A stretch of 64,000 bases of DNA from an uncultured Pseudomonadales bacterium (GCA_958296405.1 OY282519.1:726132-790131); one strand, 5' to 3'; positions 46,501 to 56,518 are shown, numbered from the stretch's first letter. Made by a program: numbers and translations. Notes: generated from the letters alone by a model not told the origin.

Positions 46501-47233
46501 TGAGCGCTCCCCCTTCACGTTCCCCGCCGGCGCCCGCGTGGGCAGTTGCCTGCATGAAATGTTCGAGCGGCTGGCGCGTGGTGCGGCGTTAGATCAAGTG
46601 GTGAGCGAGGGCTTGGCGCGGCATCGCATCGATGCCACTTGGCAGGACGTCGCCACGCGGATGGTGGAGAACGTTTGGAACGCGCAGCTGGAGGCTGCCG
46701 CTGGCCCCGGCAGCGGCAAGCCTTGGCGCCTCTCGGAACTCAGCCGGCCCGTGCCGGAAATGGAGTTCCACCTGCCGGCGCGGGGCTTGGACCGCGCCGC
46801 GCTGGGCAGTGCCTTGGATGCGCATGGCTATGGCCCGCCGCCCCCATTCGGGCAGGAACAGACGGTTGATGGCTTTCTGCGCGGCTTCATCGACTTGGTG
46901 GTGGAGCGGGATGGCTGTTGGTATGTGATCGACTACAAGACGAATCTGTTGGGGCGCCGGGGCGCGGAGTACGCGCCACAGCGCCTTGCAGCCGCCATGC
47001 AGCGGCACGGCTATCGCCTGCAGTACTTGCTGTACGTGCTCGCGCTGCATCGCCACCTGCAGCTCCGCCTGCCGGAATACAGTTATGAGACGCACATCGG
47101 CGGGGTGTTCTACCTATTCACGCGCGGCATCGAAGGCGCCGGTGACGCGGCGCGCCAAGGCATCTACTTCGACCGGCCCAGCGCCGCCTGCATCGCCGCC
47201 GTGGCTGCCTGCTTTGCGGGCCGCGCGCCATGA
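43577..47233 (+). CDS. recB: Exodeoxyribonuclease V beta subunit RecB (helicase-nuclease)
   Basis: The ATGA overlap with recC gives MTSPTAPAPLDLPLDG.TLIEASAGTGKTY (Walker A). Also has DEYQDTD, VGDPKQSIYRFRSAD, VTVHRSKGLEFP and the C-terminal PD-(D/E)XK nuclease block GFIDLVVERDGCWYVIDYKTN. Confidence 0.95.
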   Translation: MTSPTAPAPLDLPLDGNGTTLIEASAGTGKTYALTTLAARLIVEAQREISELLVVTFTVAATDELRDRMRRTLRDALRAAAGDADSGGQARELMARWASLGISAAQVERRLEPAVADLDRANVVTIHGFCQRVIRDFAFDCGLPFGFAVSGDGFDVMSAAVRDHWRRAMYPAPKMRVQFAGSQQFLPKVQGNDLFGALNLTDWVIGHLGKPALDIRGADPLDAAAEQSLAEREANWELALDAARQSAAGAGQGLDAVLAALEHPLTVAFDPKATFAALSAGVAKVPRLEDCLAALDAAATALLAAYHEWLPRARRAALEDTRERVARRVREYRQLGYDDLLLTVREALLRAPGLAERIRQRYPVALIDEYQDTDRAQADIFQRIYGGGGGSMVIVGDPKQSIYRFRSADIFAYLRARAEVDDGDGSRLTLKDNYRAVPRLVAATNAVFGCEHPFGLPEISFTPATPALSDDAPGLRVAGEEGAPPMQFRLIPGQERKQITKRDATPLAASQAADEIARLLELSKEGGASIAGQPLAGSDIAVLVRKTEQGRRVASALAERGVRSVEVGVADVFDSREAEELERLLWAVASPHSAARMRGALAGDLFGMDAAQLASLADDDNAWNAWKERLGEWRAVWQAGGVASMVRRLLRSFHVGAARAGDAPNGAAQQLLRHADGARRLTNVMHLADLLQQAEAAGHLTPTGVAAWLSRRRGRVNIHDEVAQLRLESDEELVKIVTVHRSKGLEFPIVFLPFAWDAQRPGGTGAKKWEAQFHERAMAGLPEVLHLAPTAAERSKEWLEEFSEDARLLYVGLTRARLRCVVTWARATYSEYAPLTWLLREAGADADAAGEAGQGPLEALQQVCAAAKRMPADAWLQRVEALVEQCPGGIGAEEMPVGANTPRQRVAPPPSQPLQARERSRALGRVRQMTSYSALAGQSGAAASGFDHEFLEQPDHDMEATLDDAGEPLLGTAGVERSPFTFPAGARVGSCLHEMFERLARGAALDQVVSEGLARHRIDATWQDVATRMVENVWNAQLEAAAGPGSGKPWRLSELSRPVPEMEFHLPARGLDRAALGSALDAHGYGPPPPFGQEQTVDGFLRGFIDLVVERDGCWYVIDYKTNLLGRRGAEYAPQRLAAAMQRHGYRLQYLLYVLALHRHLQLRLPEYSYETHIGGVFYLFTRGIEGAGDAARQGIYFDRPSAACIAAVAACFAGRAP

Positions 47234-49035
47234 CCGCTGCTGCGCAGCGCGAACCTAGGGCAGCGCACAGCGCCTTGGCGGAGCTCGAAGCGCTGTTGGC
47301 AGCCGGGCTGATCCAACACATCGACTTCGCGTTCGCTGGTTTCGTCGTGGAGCTCAGTGCGCCGTGCGCCGCCGTGCGCGAGGTCGCCTTGGCCGCGGCC
47401 TTGGCGAGCGCCCAAGTGCGCGCGGGGGACGCATGCCTCGCGCTGCCGGCCTGCGCCGGCGCCGATGCCGCCGCGGCGCTGGGGGAATCCGCCGCGCAAC
47501 CAGTCGGCGTGCGCTTGCCGGCGCTGGAACATTGGCGGGCGGCGCTGCTTGAGAGCCCCGCGGTGGCGAGTTCAGGCCCGGCCGGGCAACGCCCCCTGTT
47601 TCTCGATGCGGAGAATCAGCTCTACCTAGACCGCCTGCGCGATGACGAGGTGCGCGTGGCCGAGGGGCTGCGGGCACTGTCGGCGCCCGTGGGGCGCCCC
47701 GCGGGCACCGCTCAAGCCTTGGGCCCGAACGTCCAAGCAGTGGTGGAGCGCTTGTTTGGCAGCGACGTTGCGGAGTATCGCCAAGCGGCGCAGGCGGCAG
47801 CAAAGCACCGCCTGTGCGTGGTCACCGGCGGCCCTGGCACTGGTAAGACAACGCTGGCGGCGCGGCTCATCGCGCTCTTGGTGGGAACGGCCCTCGCCAA
47901 GCCAGAGCGCGTGGCGCTGGCGGCGCCCACCGGCAAGGCCGCGAAGCGGCTGCAAGAGGCCGTGACGGCGCAAGCAACGGGGCTCGCGCAAGCGGTGCCG
48001 GCGCTCGCGGACTACCGGGCGGACGCCAGCACCATTCACAGCCTGTTGTTCCGCGCCCGCCGCGCGCCGCTGCAGCTCGATGCGCTCATCTTGGATGAAG
48101 CGTCCATGGTCGATGTCACGCTCATGGCGCAACTGCTGGGTGCATTGCCAGAGACCGCTCGCTTGATCGTGCTGGGCGATGCGAGCCAGCTCGCGTCCGT
48201 GCAACCGGGCGCGGTGCTGGGCGACTTGTGCGCTGCCGGCCGCGCCGCAGGTTCGCCGCTCAAGCCGACGCTGGTGGAATTGACGCAAAGCCATCGCTTC
48301 GACCCGCGCGGAGGCATTGGGCGCTTGGCGGCCGCCATTGTGCAGGGCGATGCCGATGGCGCCCTCGGCGCTTTGCGAGACACCGCAGCGGCCGAGACGC
48401 GGCTCGACCCGCTTGGCGGCGCGCGCGCCTTTGATGCACTGGCGGCGAGCTATGCGCGGGAGTTCTGCGTTCCGCGCGTACGCGCCGTGCGCGAGATTGG
48501 CGCGGCTGCCCAGCCCTTTCCGGAACTGCGCGTCCTGTGCGCGCATCGCTCCGGGCCGTTCGGCGCGGAGCGCTTCAATGGCTTGGTGGAACGGCATCTG
48601 CGGCGCAGCGGCGCCGCCGGGCGCGGCGAAGAGTTCTACGCTGGCCGCCCGATCATCGTCACGCGCAACGACGCGGCCTCGGGCCTTGCCAACGGCGATG
48701 TCGGCGTGGTGTTGCGCGCCGGCGGCAAAGGGCGCGTCTGGTTTCCAGAACTCGGCTCGGCAGACTCACGCTTCGAAATCGCGCCATCGCGCTTGCCCGA
48801 ACACGAGACCTTCTTCGCGCTGACGGTGCATCGCGCGCAAGGCTCGGAATACGATGCGGTGGCGTTCGTTCCCGGCCCGGTCGATTCCCGCATCGCGACG
48901 CAGGAGCTCTTCTACACTGCGGTGACCCGGGCGCGTTCGCAAGTCATCGTGCATGGCAGCGCAGAGGCCGTGCGCCAAGCGGTGACAAGGCCGGCGGCGC
49001 GTGCCACCGGCTTGGCGCTGAAGCTGGCGCAGTGA
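47230..49035 (+). CDS. recD: Exodeoxyribonuclease V alpha subunit RecD
   Basis: ATGA overlap with recB. VVTGGPGTGKTT, ILDEASMVD, LVLLGD-like LIVLGDASQL, and LTVHRAQGSEYD near the C-terminus. Confidence 0.95.
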   Translation: MTAAAQREPRAAHSALAELEALLAAGLIQHIDFAFAGFVVELSAPCAAVREVALAAALASAQVRAGDACLALPACAGADAAAALGESAAQPVGVRLPALEHWRAALLESPAVASSGPAGQRPLFLDAENQLYLDRLRDDEVRVAEGLRALSAPVGRPAGTAQALGPNVQAVVERLFGSDVAEYRQAAQAAAKHRLCVVTGGPGTGKTTLAARLIALLVGTALAKPERVALAAPTGKAAKRLQEAVTAQATGLAQAVPALADYRADASTIHSLLFRARRAPLQLDALILDEASMVDVTLMAQLLGALPETARLIVLGDASQLASVQPGAVLGDLCAAGRAAGSPLKPTLVELTQSHRFDPRGGIGRLAAAIVQGDADGALGALRDTAAAETRLDPLGGARAFDALAASYAREFCVPRVRAVREIGAAAQPFPELRVLCAHRSGPFGAERFNGLVERHLRRSGAAGRGEEFYAGRPIIVTRNDAASGLANGDVGVVLRAGGKGRVWFPELGSADSRFEIAPSRLPEHETFFALTVHRAQGSEYDAVAFVPGPVDSRIATQELFYTAVTRARSQVIVHGSAEAVRQAVTRPAARATGLALKLAQ

Positions 49036-49096
49036 CCGGGCGGCGCCGTCGCGCGGGGGCGCTGCAATGACAGACGCAGGGCCAAGCGACCCGTCT

Positions 49097-50203
49097 TCAA
49101 TCCAGCGTTGCCGACACTTCCTGCCACACCCTGTCTGGATGCACGCTGGCGAAGCAAGGTGGCCGCACCACTTGCCCGCCCCACTGTTGCGGCGCCCCGC
49201 GGTAGCCGCAAGCGCGCGTGAAGCAAGGTGAACAAGCAAGGCTCGCCTGCAAGCTGCGGGCGCGCGCGCCTAGGCATCCGGTGAGGCGCCGGTCAGTGGG
49301 CCCATACACCACCACCGTCGGTCGGCCCAGCGCGGCGGCGAGATGGGCAAGACCGCTGTCAACGCCCACCACGGCGCTCGCGCCGGAGAGCAGCGTGATG
49401 ACCTGTTCCAAGCGCAGCGGCGGCGCCACCTCGCTGCTGTTGACGGCGGCGGCAATGCGCTGCGCCCGCTCGCGCTCGGCGTCAGAGAGCCAAGGCAAGA
49501 GCGGCGTCAGCCCGGCGTTGGCCGCTAGCTCGGCGATGCGCGTCCAAAAGGACTCCGGCCAATGTTTCGTGCTCCAGGTGGTGCTGTGGGTCAGCACGCA
49601 GTAGCCGTTGGGTGCGCTGCGCTGCGTCACGCCGAATGTCGGCGCATCGGTGGGCTGCGGATAGCCGAGGGTGGCCGCGAACAGGGCGCGGATGCGGCCC
49701 ACGGCGTGATCCGTCCTCGGCGCCGGCGCCCGGCTGGAATAGAGCAGCGCCGCGGCCGGTTCCCTGGCGCTGTGGCGATCAAAGCCGGCATGTTCCCCGG
49801 CGTTCGCCAACCGAGCAACGAGGGCGCTCTTGAGCAGGCCTTGGGCGTCGATCGTCAAGTCATATCGCTCCCGGCGCAGGGCGCGGCGGAACGCCAGCGC
49901 CTCGCCGATGTGCGCCGCGGCGGACTTGCGCCACCGCCGCAGCGCCACGGGAATCACCTGCCGCACGCCGCGGTGCAGCGCCGGCACCGCGGCGAAGCCC
50001 TCTTCCACCGCCCAATCGAAGGTGGCGCCATGACGCGCCGCGTCCTCCACGGCCGGCAACGTATGCACGATGTCTCCCAAGGAGGAGAGCTTCACGAGGA
50101 GGACGCGGGGCCCCGTGGCTGCGGACGCCGCGCCCTTGGCCCATGGCGTCGCCTCCGGGCGTGGCTGCGCGGCGCCGTTGACGAGCGGTGAAGGCTCGCT
50201 CAC
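49097..50203 (-). CDS. waaC: ADP-heptose:LPS heptosyltransferase I
   Basis: RVLLVKLSSLGDIVHTLPAVEDA, FDWAVEEGFAAVP and VIPVALRRWRKS align closely to the E. coli WaaC N-terminus. GTG 50203 overlaps the waaF stop (GTGA) and adds a ~30-aa N-terminal extension. No other in-frame start precedes the first beta-strand. Confidence 0.85.
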   Translation of the reverse strand: MSEPSPLVNGAAQPRPEATPWAKGAASAATGPRVLLVKLSSLGDIVHTLPAVEDAARHGATFDWAVEEGFAAVPALHRGVRQVIPVALRRWRKSAAAHIGEALAFRRALRRERYDLTIDAQGLLKSALVARLANAGEHAGFDRHSAREPAAALLYSSRAPAPRTDHAVGRIRALFAATLGYPQPTDAPTFGVTQRSAPNGYCVLTHSTTWSTKHWPESFWTRIAELAANAGLTPLLPWLSDAERERAQRIAAAVNSSEVAPPLRLEQVITLLSGASAVVGVDSGLAHLAAALGRPTVVVYGPTDRRLTGCLGARARSLQASLACSPCFTRACGYRGAPQQWGGQVVRPPCFASVHPDRVWQEVSATLD

Positions 50204-51234
50204 AGGGTGGCTCTTGGGCGCTGCTCGGCAAGCAGCGCGTTGAGCGCTTGGCACACGGCTTGTGGTGCAAGTTCCGTCAGACAACGCGTGTGGCCGAGCG
50301 GGCACACGCGCTGGAAACAGGGGCTGCAGGGCTGAGGCGAGCGCAGCACCGTTGCCGCCTTGCCAAGGGGTGGCGTGAAGTCTGGCGAGGTGGAGCCGAA
50401 CAACGCCACCACTGGCCGCCCCAACGCCCCGGCCACATGCATGAGGCCGGAATCGTTCGCCACCACGCATCGCGCCACGGACAAGAGGTCGATGGCGTCC
50501 CCCAAGCGCGTGCTTCCCGCGAGATTCAGCGCACCGGGCGCGCGCGCCGCGATTTCATCGCAAATGGGCTTCTCTGCAGGTGTCCCCAAAAGCCACACTT
50601 GCCGCCGCGCTGCGATGCTTTCGGCAGCGACCGCGGCGAAGTGCTTGGGCGGCCAGCGCTTGGCCGGCCCGAACTCGGCGCCGGGGCAGAGCGCCACCGC
50701 TTGGGGTGCCGGCTTGAGCGCTAGCTTGGTGCGCACCTTGGCCAGATTGCGCGGGTCTGCCAGCAGCTTGGGGCGGTGCGACATGGAGCGCGTGGGCTTG
50801 GCCTCGTCAGCGTTGCCACTGGCGGCCAAGGCGGCGAAGCGGTCCACCAAGCGGGCGGGGTGCTCGGCGCGCGGGCGCCGCAGGTCATTCAACACGCCGT
50901 AGCGATGTTCGCCAAGCCAGCCGCTGCGCCGCGGGATGCCGGCGAACCAAGGCGTCAGCGCAGACTTGAAGGAGTTCGGCAACACGATGGCGCGCTCGAA
51001 GTTGAGGGCGCGCAAGGCGCGCGCTGCGCGCCACCTCGCGCGCAGCGCCAAGTGGCCGTGGCCGGCTTCCAAGCGGTGTGCCCGCGTGACGCCGGCCAAC
51101 CGCGCGGCAACCGGCAGCGTGGCGGGCGGCGCCAGCATATGCACTTCGTCGCCGTCTTGGCGCAATGCGGCGATCAGTGGTTGCGCCATCACCATGTCCC
51201 CAACCCAAGCCGGCCCGACGATGAGCACCTTCAC
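50200..51234 (-). CDS. waaF: ADP-heptose:LPS heptosyltransferase II
   Basis: GTG 51234 gives MKVLIVGPAWVGDMVMAQPL, nearly the E. coli WaaF N-terminus (MKILVIGPSWVGDMMMSQ). Also has C-terminal VANDSGLMHVAGALGRPVVALFGST and CSPCFQRVCPLGH. Confidence 0.9.
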   Translation of the reverse strand: MKVLIVGPAWVGDMVMAQPLIAALRQDGDEVHMLAPPATLPVAARLAGVTRAHRLEAGHGHLALRARWRAARALRALNFERAIVLPNSFKSALTPWFAGIPRRSGWLGEHRYGVLNDLRRPRAEHPARLVDRFAALAASGNADEAKPTRSMSHRPKLLADPRNLAKVRTKLALKPAPQAVALCPGAEFGPAKRWPPKHFAAVAAESIAARRQVWLLGTPAEKPICDEIAARAPGALNLAGSTRLGDAIDLLSVARCVVANDSGLMHVAGALGRPVVALFGSTSPDFTPPLGKAATVLRSPQPCSPCFQRVCPLGHTRCLTELAPQAVCQALNALLAEQRPRATL

Positions 51235-51259
51235 CCCTGCGGGCGCTCCGCGGCGTCGC

Positions 51260-52195
51260 TCACAGGGTCGGCGTGTGCCAATCCGAGTGCGCTTCCCGGC
51301 GCCCCCGCACTTGCTCGAAGTAACGGGACTGCAGTTGTTCGGTGATGGGCCCGCGGCGTCCATCGCCGATCACGCGACGGTCAAGCTCCCGAATGGGCAA
51401 CACCTCGGCGGCGGTGCCGGTGAAGAACGCTTCGTCGGCGATGTACAGTTCGTCGCGGGTGATGCGGCGCTCGATCACCGGCAGGGACATTTCCTTGGCG
51501 AAGGTGAAGATGGTGTCTCGGGTGATGCCCGGCAGGCACGATGTGAGCTCGGGCGTGTGCAGGACGCCGTTCTGCACCACGAACAAGTTCTCGCCGCTGC
51601 CTTCCGCGGCGTAGCCTTCGTTATCCAGCAGCAGCGCCTCGTCGCAACCTGATTGCAGCGCCTCGCGCAATGCCAAGATGGAATTGATGTAGTTGCCGTT
51701 CGCCTTGGCCTTGCACATGGTGATGTTGACGTGATGCCGGGTGTAGGAGGAAGTGCGCACGGCGATGCCACGCTCGCGGGACTCGGGGTCCATGTAGTCT
51801 GGCCAAGGCCAGCAGGCGACGGCGACGTTCACCGAAAGTGCCTCGGCGCGCAGCCCCATCGCCTCCGAGCCCATGTACACCACCGGCCGCAGGTAGCCTT
51901 CCGCCAATTCGTTGGCGCGGAACACTTGGCACTGGGCGGCGTTCAATTCGTCTTGGGTGTAGGGAATCGAGATGCCGAGGATGTGCGCCGAGTTGAACAA
52001 GCGCTGGGTGTGCTCGCGCAGCCTGAAAATGTGCGGGCCGCGCGGCGTGGCGTAGGCGCGCACGCCCTCGAAGACGCCCAGCCCGTAGTGCAGGGTGTGG
52101 GTGAGCACATGCACCTGCGCGTCGCGCCACGCCACGAGCTCGCCGTTCATCCAGATGTGGCCGTCGCGGTTTGCGAATGATTCGTCGGCAACCAT
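51260..52195 (-). CDS. ilvE: Branched-chain amino acid aminotransferase
   Basis: ATG 52195 is preceded by a GGGAGA Shine-Dalgarno. IWMNGELVAWRDAQVHVLTHTLHYGLGVFEGVRAY, a KANGNY.NS region and EGSGENLF are class IV aminotransferase blocks. Confidence 0.9.
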   Translation of the reverse strand: MVADESFANRDGHIWMNGELVAWRDAQVHVLTHTLHYGLGVFEGVRAYATPRGPHIFRLREHTQRLFNSAHILGISIPYTQDELNAAQCQVFRANELAEGYLRPVVYMGSEAMGLRAEALSVNVAVACWPWPDYMDPESRERGIAVRTSSYTRHHVNITMCKAKANGNYINSILALREALQSGCDEALLLDNEGYAAEGSGENLFVVQNGVLHTPELTSCLPGITRDTIFTFAKEMSLPVIERRITRDELYIADEAFFTGTAAEVLPIRELDRRVIGDGRRGPITEQLQSRYFEQVRGRREAHSDWHTPTL

Positions 52196-52321
52196 CAGTG
52201 TCTCCCGCTGTGGCCAAAGCGTCATCGCGGGCGCGCGTCGCCTGCCGGCGGTCGACTAAAGCGCCGCCGCATGGCTGGGGCGCCCGCTCCTGCGGATGGC
52301 TCGCCATTGTAATGGCAATTC

Positions 52322-55030
52322 TCAGGCGCCGAAGAACTGCCCCCAGATGCGCGCGATGTCGTCCCGATGCCGGGCGAGCAGGGACGCGGCGCGCTCCGGG
52401 TCTGGCAGGTCCAAGGCTGCGCGATGCGCTTCTGAACGCAGCGCCAAGTACGCTTCGGTCAAGGCCGCGGCGTCCGCCGGGTCGATGACGCCGAGGTGCG
52501 CCGCGGTCTCCAGGATGCGCACGTTGTCTGTGTGCTCGCAAAGCGCTTCATGTTCGTGGGCCCAAGCGAGCACGAGGTACTGCACGATGAACTCCACATC
52601 GACGATGCCGCCCGGCCCGCGCTTGAGATCAACGCCGGCGGACGCCGCATCGGCGATGCGCTTACGCATGGCGACGATCTCTTCGCGCAACCGTCGCCGG
52701 TCTTGCCGGGCGCGGAGCGCCATGCGTCGCGTCACCTCGAAACGGCGGCCGAGGGCCGCGTCCCCGGCCACCACGCGCGCCCGCACCAGCGCTTGGCGCT
52801 CCCAGGTCCACGCTTGTTCCTGCTGATAGCGGGTGAAGCCCTCCAAGGAGCTCACGAGCGAGCCAGCGCGGCCGGAGGGCCGCAGCCGCATGTCCACTTC
52901 GTAGAGCTGGCCATGCACGGTTGTCGCGGTGAGCGCGTGCAGAAAGCGGCGCACCAGCCGGTGCAGCGCGCCGTGATCGGAGGTGGGGAAGTCGTGCAGG
53001 AACACGAGATCGAGATCAGACGCGGGGCCGAGTTCCAAGCCGCCGAGCTTGCCGTAGCCGACCACCACGAAGCGTTTCACGACATCGGCGCCGAACGTCT
53101 CGCGCCAGACATGGGCAAGTGCGCGATCCAGCACCGCTTCCGCCAAGAAGGTGAGGTAGTCGCTGACGTGCATGAGGGTTAGGCGGCCGGCCATTTCAGC
53201 GGCCGCGGCGCGGAACAGGTGGGATTCCCGAAACTCCCGCAACGTGTCCAGCACACGCTCGGCGTCGTCGGGCTGCGCGCGCGCAAGCCAGGCATCGAGA
53301 TCGCCGATGAGTTCGCGGCGGCTGGGCGGTTCGTCGCGATCGTGGGGCAGCAGCAACTCGTCGAAGAGCATCGGATGGCGGGCGACATGCGCGGCGATCC
53401 ACTGGCTCTGCGAGGCGAGGCGCAGCAACGCGCCAAGGGCGGGCGGGTTCTCGATCAAGAGCGCAAGGTACGCGGAGCGGCGCAGCACGGCTTCGAGGAT
53501 GGGTGCGATGCGAGCCAGCATCTGGTTGGCTGCCGCCGGCTGCTCGTCGAGCCGAGTGAGCAAGAGGGGCATCAACCGATCCAGCCGTTCGCGGCCGGCG
53601 CCGCCGACGCTTGGCTTGTCTCGCGCCCGCCGCAAGCGGTCGAGCCACGGGCGCCAAGCCTCCGGGGCCGGCGCCTCGCCATGCCAAACGGCGGCCGCGG
53701 TGGCGTCTGGGGCTTGCGCATCCGGCGTCAGTGCCGCTTCGAAGTGCATGGCGACGCGAGCGCGGGTGGCGGCCAGCGTGTGCAGGAACGCATCGTAGGT
53801 GGGGGCGCCCATCATCCACGCGAGGCGCGCTTGGTCCAACGCATTGGCCGGCAGCTGATGCGTTTGGCGATCGCCGATGGCTTGCAGGCTGTGCTCGACA
53901 TCGCGCAGGTAGCGGTAAGCGTCGCCAAGTTGGGCCGCGGCGTCGGCTTGCAGCAGGCCGAGCTCGCTCAGGCGGGGCAGCGCGTCGAGGAGGCTCCGGC
54001 AACGCAGCTCGCGCCGGCGCCCGCCCCAGATCAGTTGCTGGGTTGCGGTGAGGAACTCCACTTCGCGGATGCCGCCAGGGCCGAGCTTCACGTTGTCTTG
54101 GATGGCGCGTCCGCGCCGCTCCTGTTGCACGCGCCGCTGCATGTCGCGCAATGCCGCCACGGCGCCGAAGTCCAAGTAGCGGCGGTAGACAAAGGGTTCG
54201 AGCGCGGCGACGAGTTCCGCGCCGCGTGTGGGATCCCCGGCGCAGGGGCGCATCTTCACCAATGCATAGCGTTCCCAATCGCGGCCTTGGTCTGCGTAGT
54301 AGGTTTCCAGCGCATCGAATGACCACACCAGCGGCCCGCTCTCGCCATAGGGGCGCAGGCGCGTGTCCACGCGGAAGGCGCCGCCTTGGCGCGTTGGCGT
54401 GTCCAAGACGCCGATGAGGCTGCGCGCCACAGCCACGAAAAACTGCTGATTGGGCCTGCCGGACGCGGTGCGGCCGAGCGCGGGATAGGCGAACAGCAAG
54501 TCCACGTCGCTGGACAGATTGAGTTCCTGGCTGCCGAGTTTGCCAAGCGCCATGACCACCAAGCCCTGCTGCTGGCCATCGTCGCCGACCGGTGCCCCGT
54601 GCCGTGCCACCGCCCATTCGAGGATGCGCTTCAGCGCGGCGTCGATGAAGGCGTCCGCCATGTCGGAGCAGCGGGACACCGTCTCCGCGTAGTCCGCAAG
54701 GCCGAGCGCGTGCCGCCAGACGAGGCCGACCATGAGGCGGTGGCGCAGCGCATGGAACGGAGCGGTGAGGTGTGCGGCTTCCCGCGCATCGGCCGCGGCT
54801 GCATCGAGTGCGCGCTTGATCGCCGCCGGCTCTGGTGGGCGCTCCCAAGCCCGATCGGTGACGAAGCCTTGGAACCACGCGCCATCGCTCTGCGCGCGGG
54901 AGGCGACAAAGTCGCTCGCGGCCAGCACCGCGCGGGCCTCTGCGCTGTCTCCCAAACCGAGCGATGCAAGCCGGCGGGCGCGCGCCTCGGCGAGCGCGGG
55001 AGGGTTCTTGCGTTCGGTGAAGTGGGCCAT
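52322..55030 (-). CDS. glnE: Bifunctional glutamine synthetase adenylyltransferase/adenylyl-removing enzyme
   Basis: ~902 aa with two nucleotidyltransferase modules (GKLGSQELNLSSDVDLLF and GKLGGLELGPASDLDLVF), each followed by GGIREVEF/GGIVDVEF blocks. Confidence 0.95.
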   Translation of the reverse strand: MAHFTERKNPPALAEARARRLASLGLGDSAEARAVLAASDFVASRAQSDGAWFQGFVTDRAWERPPEPAAIKRALDAAAADAREAAHLTAPFHALRHRLMVGLVWRHALGLADYAETVSRCSDMADAFIDAALKRILEWAVARHGAPVGDDGQQQGLVVMALGKLGSQELNLSSDVDLLFAYPALGRTASGRPNQQFFVAVARSLIGVLDTPTRQGGAFRVDTRLRPYGESGPLVWSFDALETYYADQGRDWERYALVKMRPCAGDPTRGAELVAALEPFVYRRYLDFGAVAALRDMQRRVQQERRGRAIQDNVKLGPGGIREVEFLTATQQLIWGGRRRELRCRSLLDALPRLSELGLLQADAAAQLGDAYRYLRDVEHSLQAIGDRQTHQLPANALDQARLAWMMGAPTYDAFLHTLAATRARVAMHFEAALTPDAQAPDATAAAVWHGEAPAPEAWRPWLDRLRRARDKPSVGGAGRERLDRLMPLLLTRLDEQPAAANQMLARIAPILEAVLRRSAYLALLIENPPALGALLRLASQSQWIAAHVARHPMLFDELLLPHDRDEPPSRRELIGDLDAWLARAQPDDAERVLDTLREFRESHLFRAAAAEMAGRLTLMHVSDYLTFLAEAVLDRALAHVWRETFGADVVKRFVVVGYGKLGGLELGPASDLDLVFLHDFPTSDHGALHRLVRRFLHALTATTVHGQLYEVDMRLRPSGRAGSLVSSLEGFTRYQQEQAWTWERQALVRARVVAGDAALGRRFEVTRRMALRARQDRRRLREEIVAMRKRIADAASAGVDLKRGPGGIVDVEFIVQYLVLAWAHEHEALCEHTDNVRILETAAHLGVIDPADAAALTEAYLALRSEAHRAALDLPDPERAASLLARHRDDIARIWGQFFGA

Positions 55031-55130
55031 CGGTGGGAAGCGGCGCTCTTGCCCCGCCACTACTGGACTATCTTGTTGACTTTGATGGGGTTTATGGTTT
55101 CGCGCCAACTGGCTGGAACGAGCCGCTGGG

Positions 55131-56048
55131 TTAGCGGGTTTCCCCAACGATCTTGGTGGCGGCGCCAATCATCGACGCCACATCGGCCAAGTTGGCCGGC
55201 ACGATCAGGGTGTTCCCTTCCTTGGCGAGCTTGCCGAACTGCTCCAAGTACGATTCGGCGACGCGGAGCTGCATCGCCTCGCCGCCGCCTTCGGCCACAA
55301 GCGATTCGGCGACGGCCCGCAGCCCGGTGGCCGTTGCGTTGGCCACGGTGAGGATGGCCTCGGCCTCCCCTTGAGCTTCGTTGATCTGCCTCTGTTTCGC
55401 CGCTTCGGACTCCATGACCACCCGGCGCTTCTCGCCTTCGGCGGCGTTGATCACGGCGTCCCGCTCCCCTTCGGACATCAACACGGTGGCGCGTTTCTCC
55501 CGCTCCGCCCGCATCTGTTTTTCCATCGCCGCCACGACGTCCTCGGGCGGATTAATGTTCTTGATCTCGTAGCGCAGGACCTTGACGCCCCATGACTGCG
55601 TGGCTGCATCCAGTTCGGCCACCACCCGCAGGTTGATCTTGGTGCGTTCCTCGAAGGTCTTGTCGAGTTCGATTTTGCCGATTTCGCTCCTGAGCGTCGT
55701 CTGCGCCAACTGGGTGACGGCAAAGGTGTAGTCGCCGATGCCGTAGGACGCTCGGCTGGCGTCCAGCACCCGCAGGTACAGGACGCCGTCGACTCCCACT
55801 TGCACGTTGTCGGCAGTGATGCAGATTTGCTCGCTGACGTCCAACGCCCGTTCTTTCAGGCTGTGCTTGTAGGCGACGACCTCAATGAATGGAACCAGCA
55901 CATGGAACCCCGCCGTCAGCGTGCGGGAGTACTTGCCGAGGTTCTCCACGACGTACGCGCTTTGCTGCGGCACGACCACCGCCGTCTTGATGACGATGAT
56001 GATGGCCAAGACCGCCACGGCGATGGCGATGATCAGTCCTACTTCCAT
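55131..56048 (-). CDS. SPFH/band-7 (stomatin/paraslipin-like) membrane protein
   Basis: An N-terminal TM segment, then VVPQQSAYVVENLGKY...TADNV.V.VDGVLYLRV, LRSEIGKIELD and a coiled Ala/Glu-rich C-terminal part. Downstream of and overlapping an NfeD gene, the classic pair. Confidence 0.9.
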   Translation of the reverse strand: MEVGLIIAIAVAVLAIIIVIKTAVVVPQQSAYVVENLGKYSRTLTAGFHVLVPFIEVVAYKHSLKERALDVSEQICITADNVQVGVDGVLYLRVLDASRASYGIGDYTFAVTQLAQTTLRSEIGKIELDKTFEERTKINLRVVAELDAATQSWGVKVLRYEIKNINPPEDVVAAMEKQMRAEREKRATVLMSEGERDAVINAAEGEKRRVVMESEAAKQRQINEAQGEAEAILTVANATATGLRAVAESLVAEGGGEAMQLRVAESYLEQFGKLAKEGNTLIVPANLADVASMIGAATKIVGETR

Positions 56049-56518
56049 GATGCGCCCCTGCGTTCGGGTTGTTCGTCAGCGTCCGCCTCGGCGGGGTTCG
56101 CCACTTCCAGCACGATGCCGCGGGCGCGGAGGATCCGGGCGCTCGTTCCGGGCGGGACCGCCGCATTCCCCACGTTCTCGACCGTCCACTGGCTGCCCCG
56201 CCACTCCACGCGGGCCCGCCCTCCCACCGGAAGGCCGCGTGGCAAGGCCACCAGTTCGCCGGCCGGATCATCGTCGAAGCCCGTCAACCCGCCCCGGAAC
56301 TTGTCGTACAGCTTCTTGCGGAACAGCACCATCGTGATGATGGCGATGGCTGAAAACGCGAGCCATTGCGCCCATTCCGGCAGGCCCGCCCCCGCCAGCC
56401 CCGCCGTGCCGACGAGCACGGCCGCCACGCCGATGAAGAGGAGGTAGAACGCCGTGTCGCCCATGAGTTCTACGGCAATGAGCGCCCCGCCCGCCAGAAA
56501 CCACAGCCACCAAGGCAC
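56039..56518 (-). CDS. NfeD-family membrane protein
   Basis: Three or four N-terminal TM helices and a C-terminal OB-like soluble domain (GRARVEWRGSQWTVEN). Its 3' end overlaps the SPFH gene by 10 nt. Confidence 0.85.
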   Translation of the reverse strand: MPWWLWFLAGGALIAVELMGDTAFYLLFIGVAAVLVGTAGLAGAGLPEWAQWLAFSAIAIITMVLFRKKLYDKFRGGLTGFDDDPAGELVALPRGLPVGGRARVEWRGSQWTVENVGNAAVPPGTSARILRARGIVLEVANPAEADADEQPERRGASWK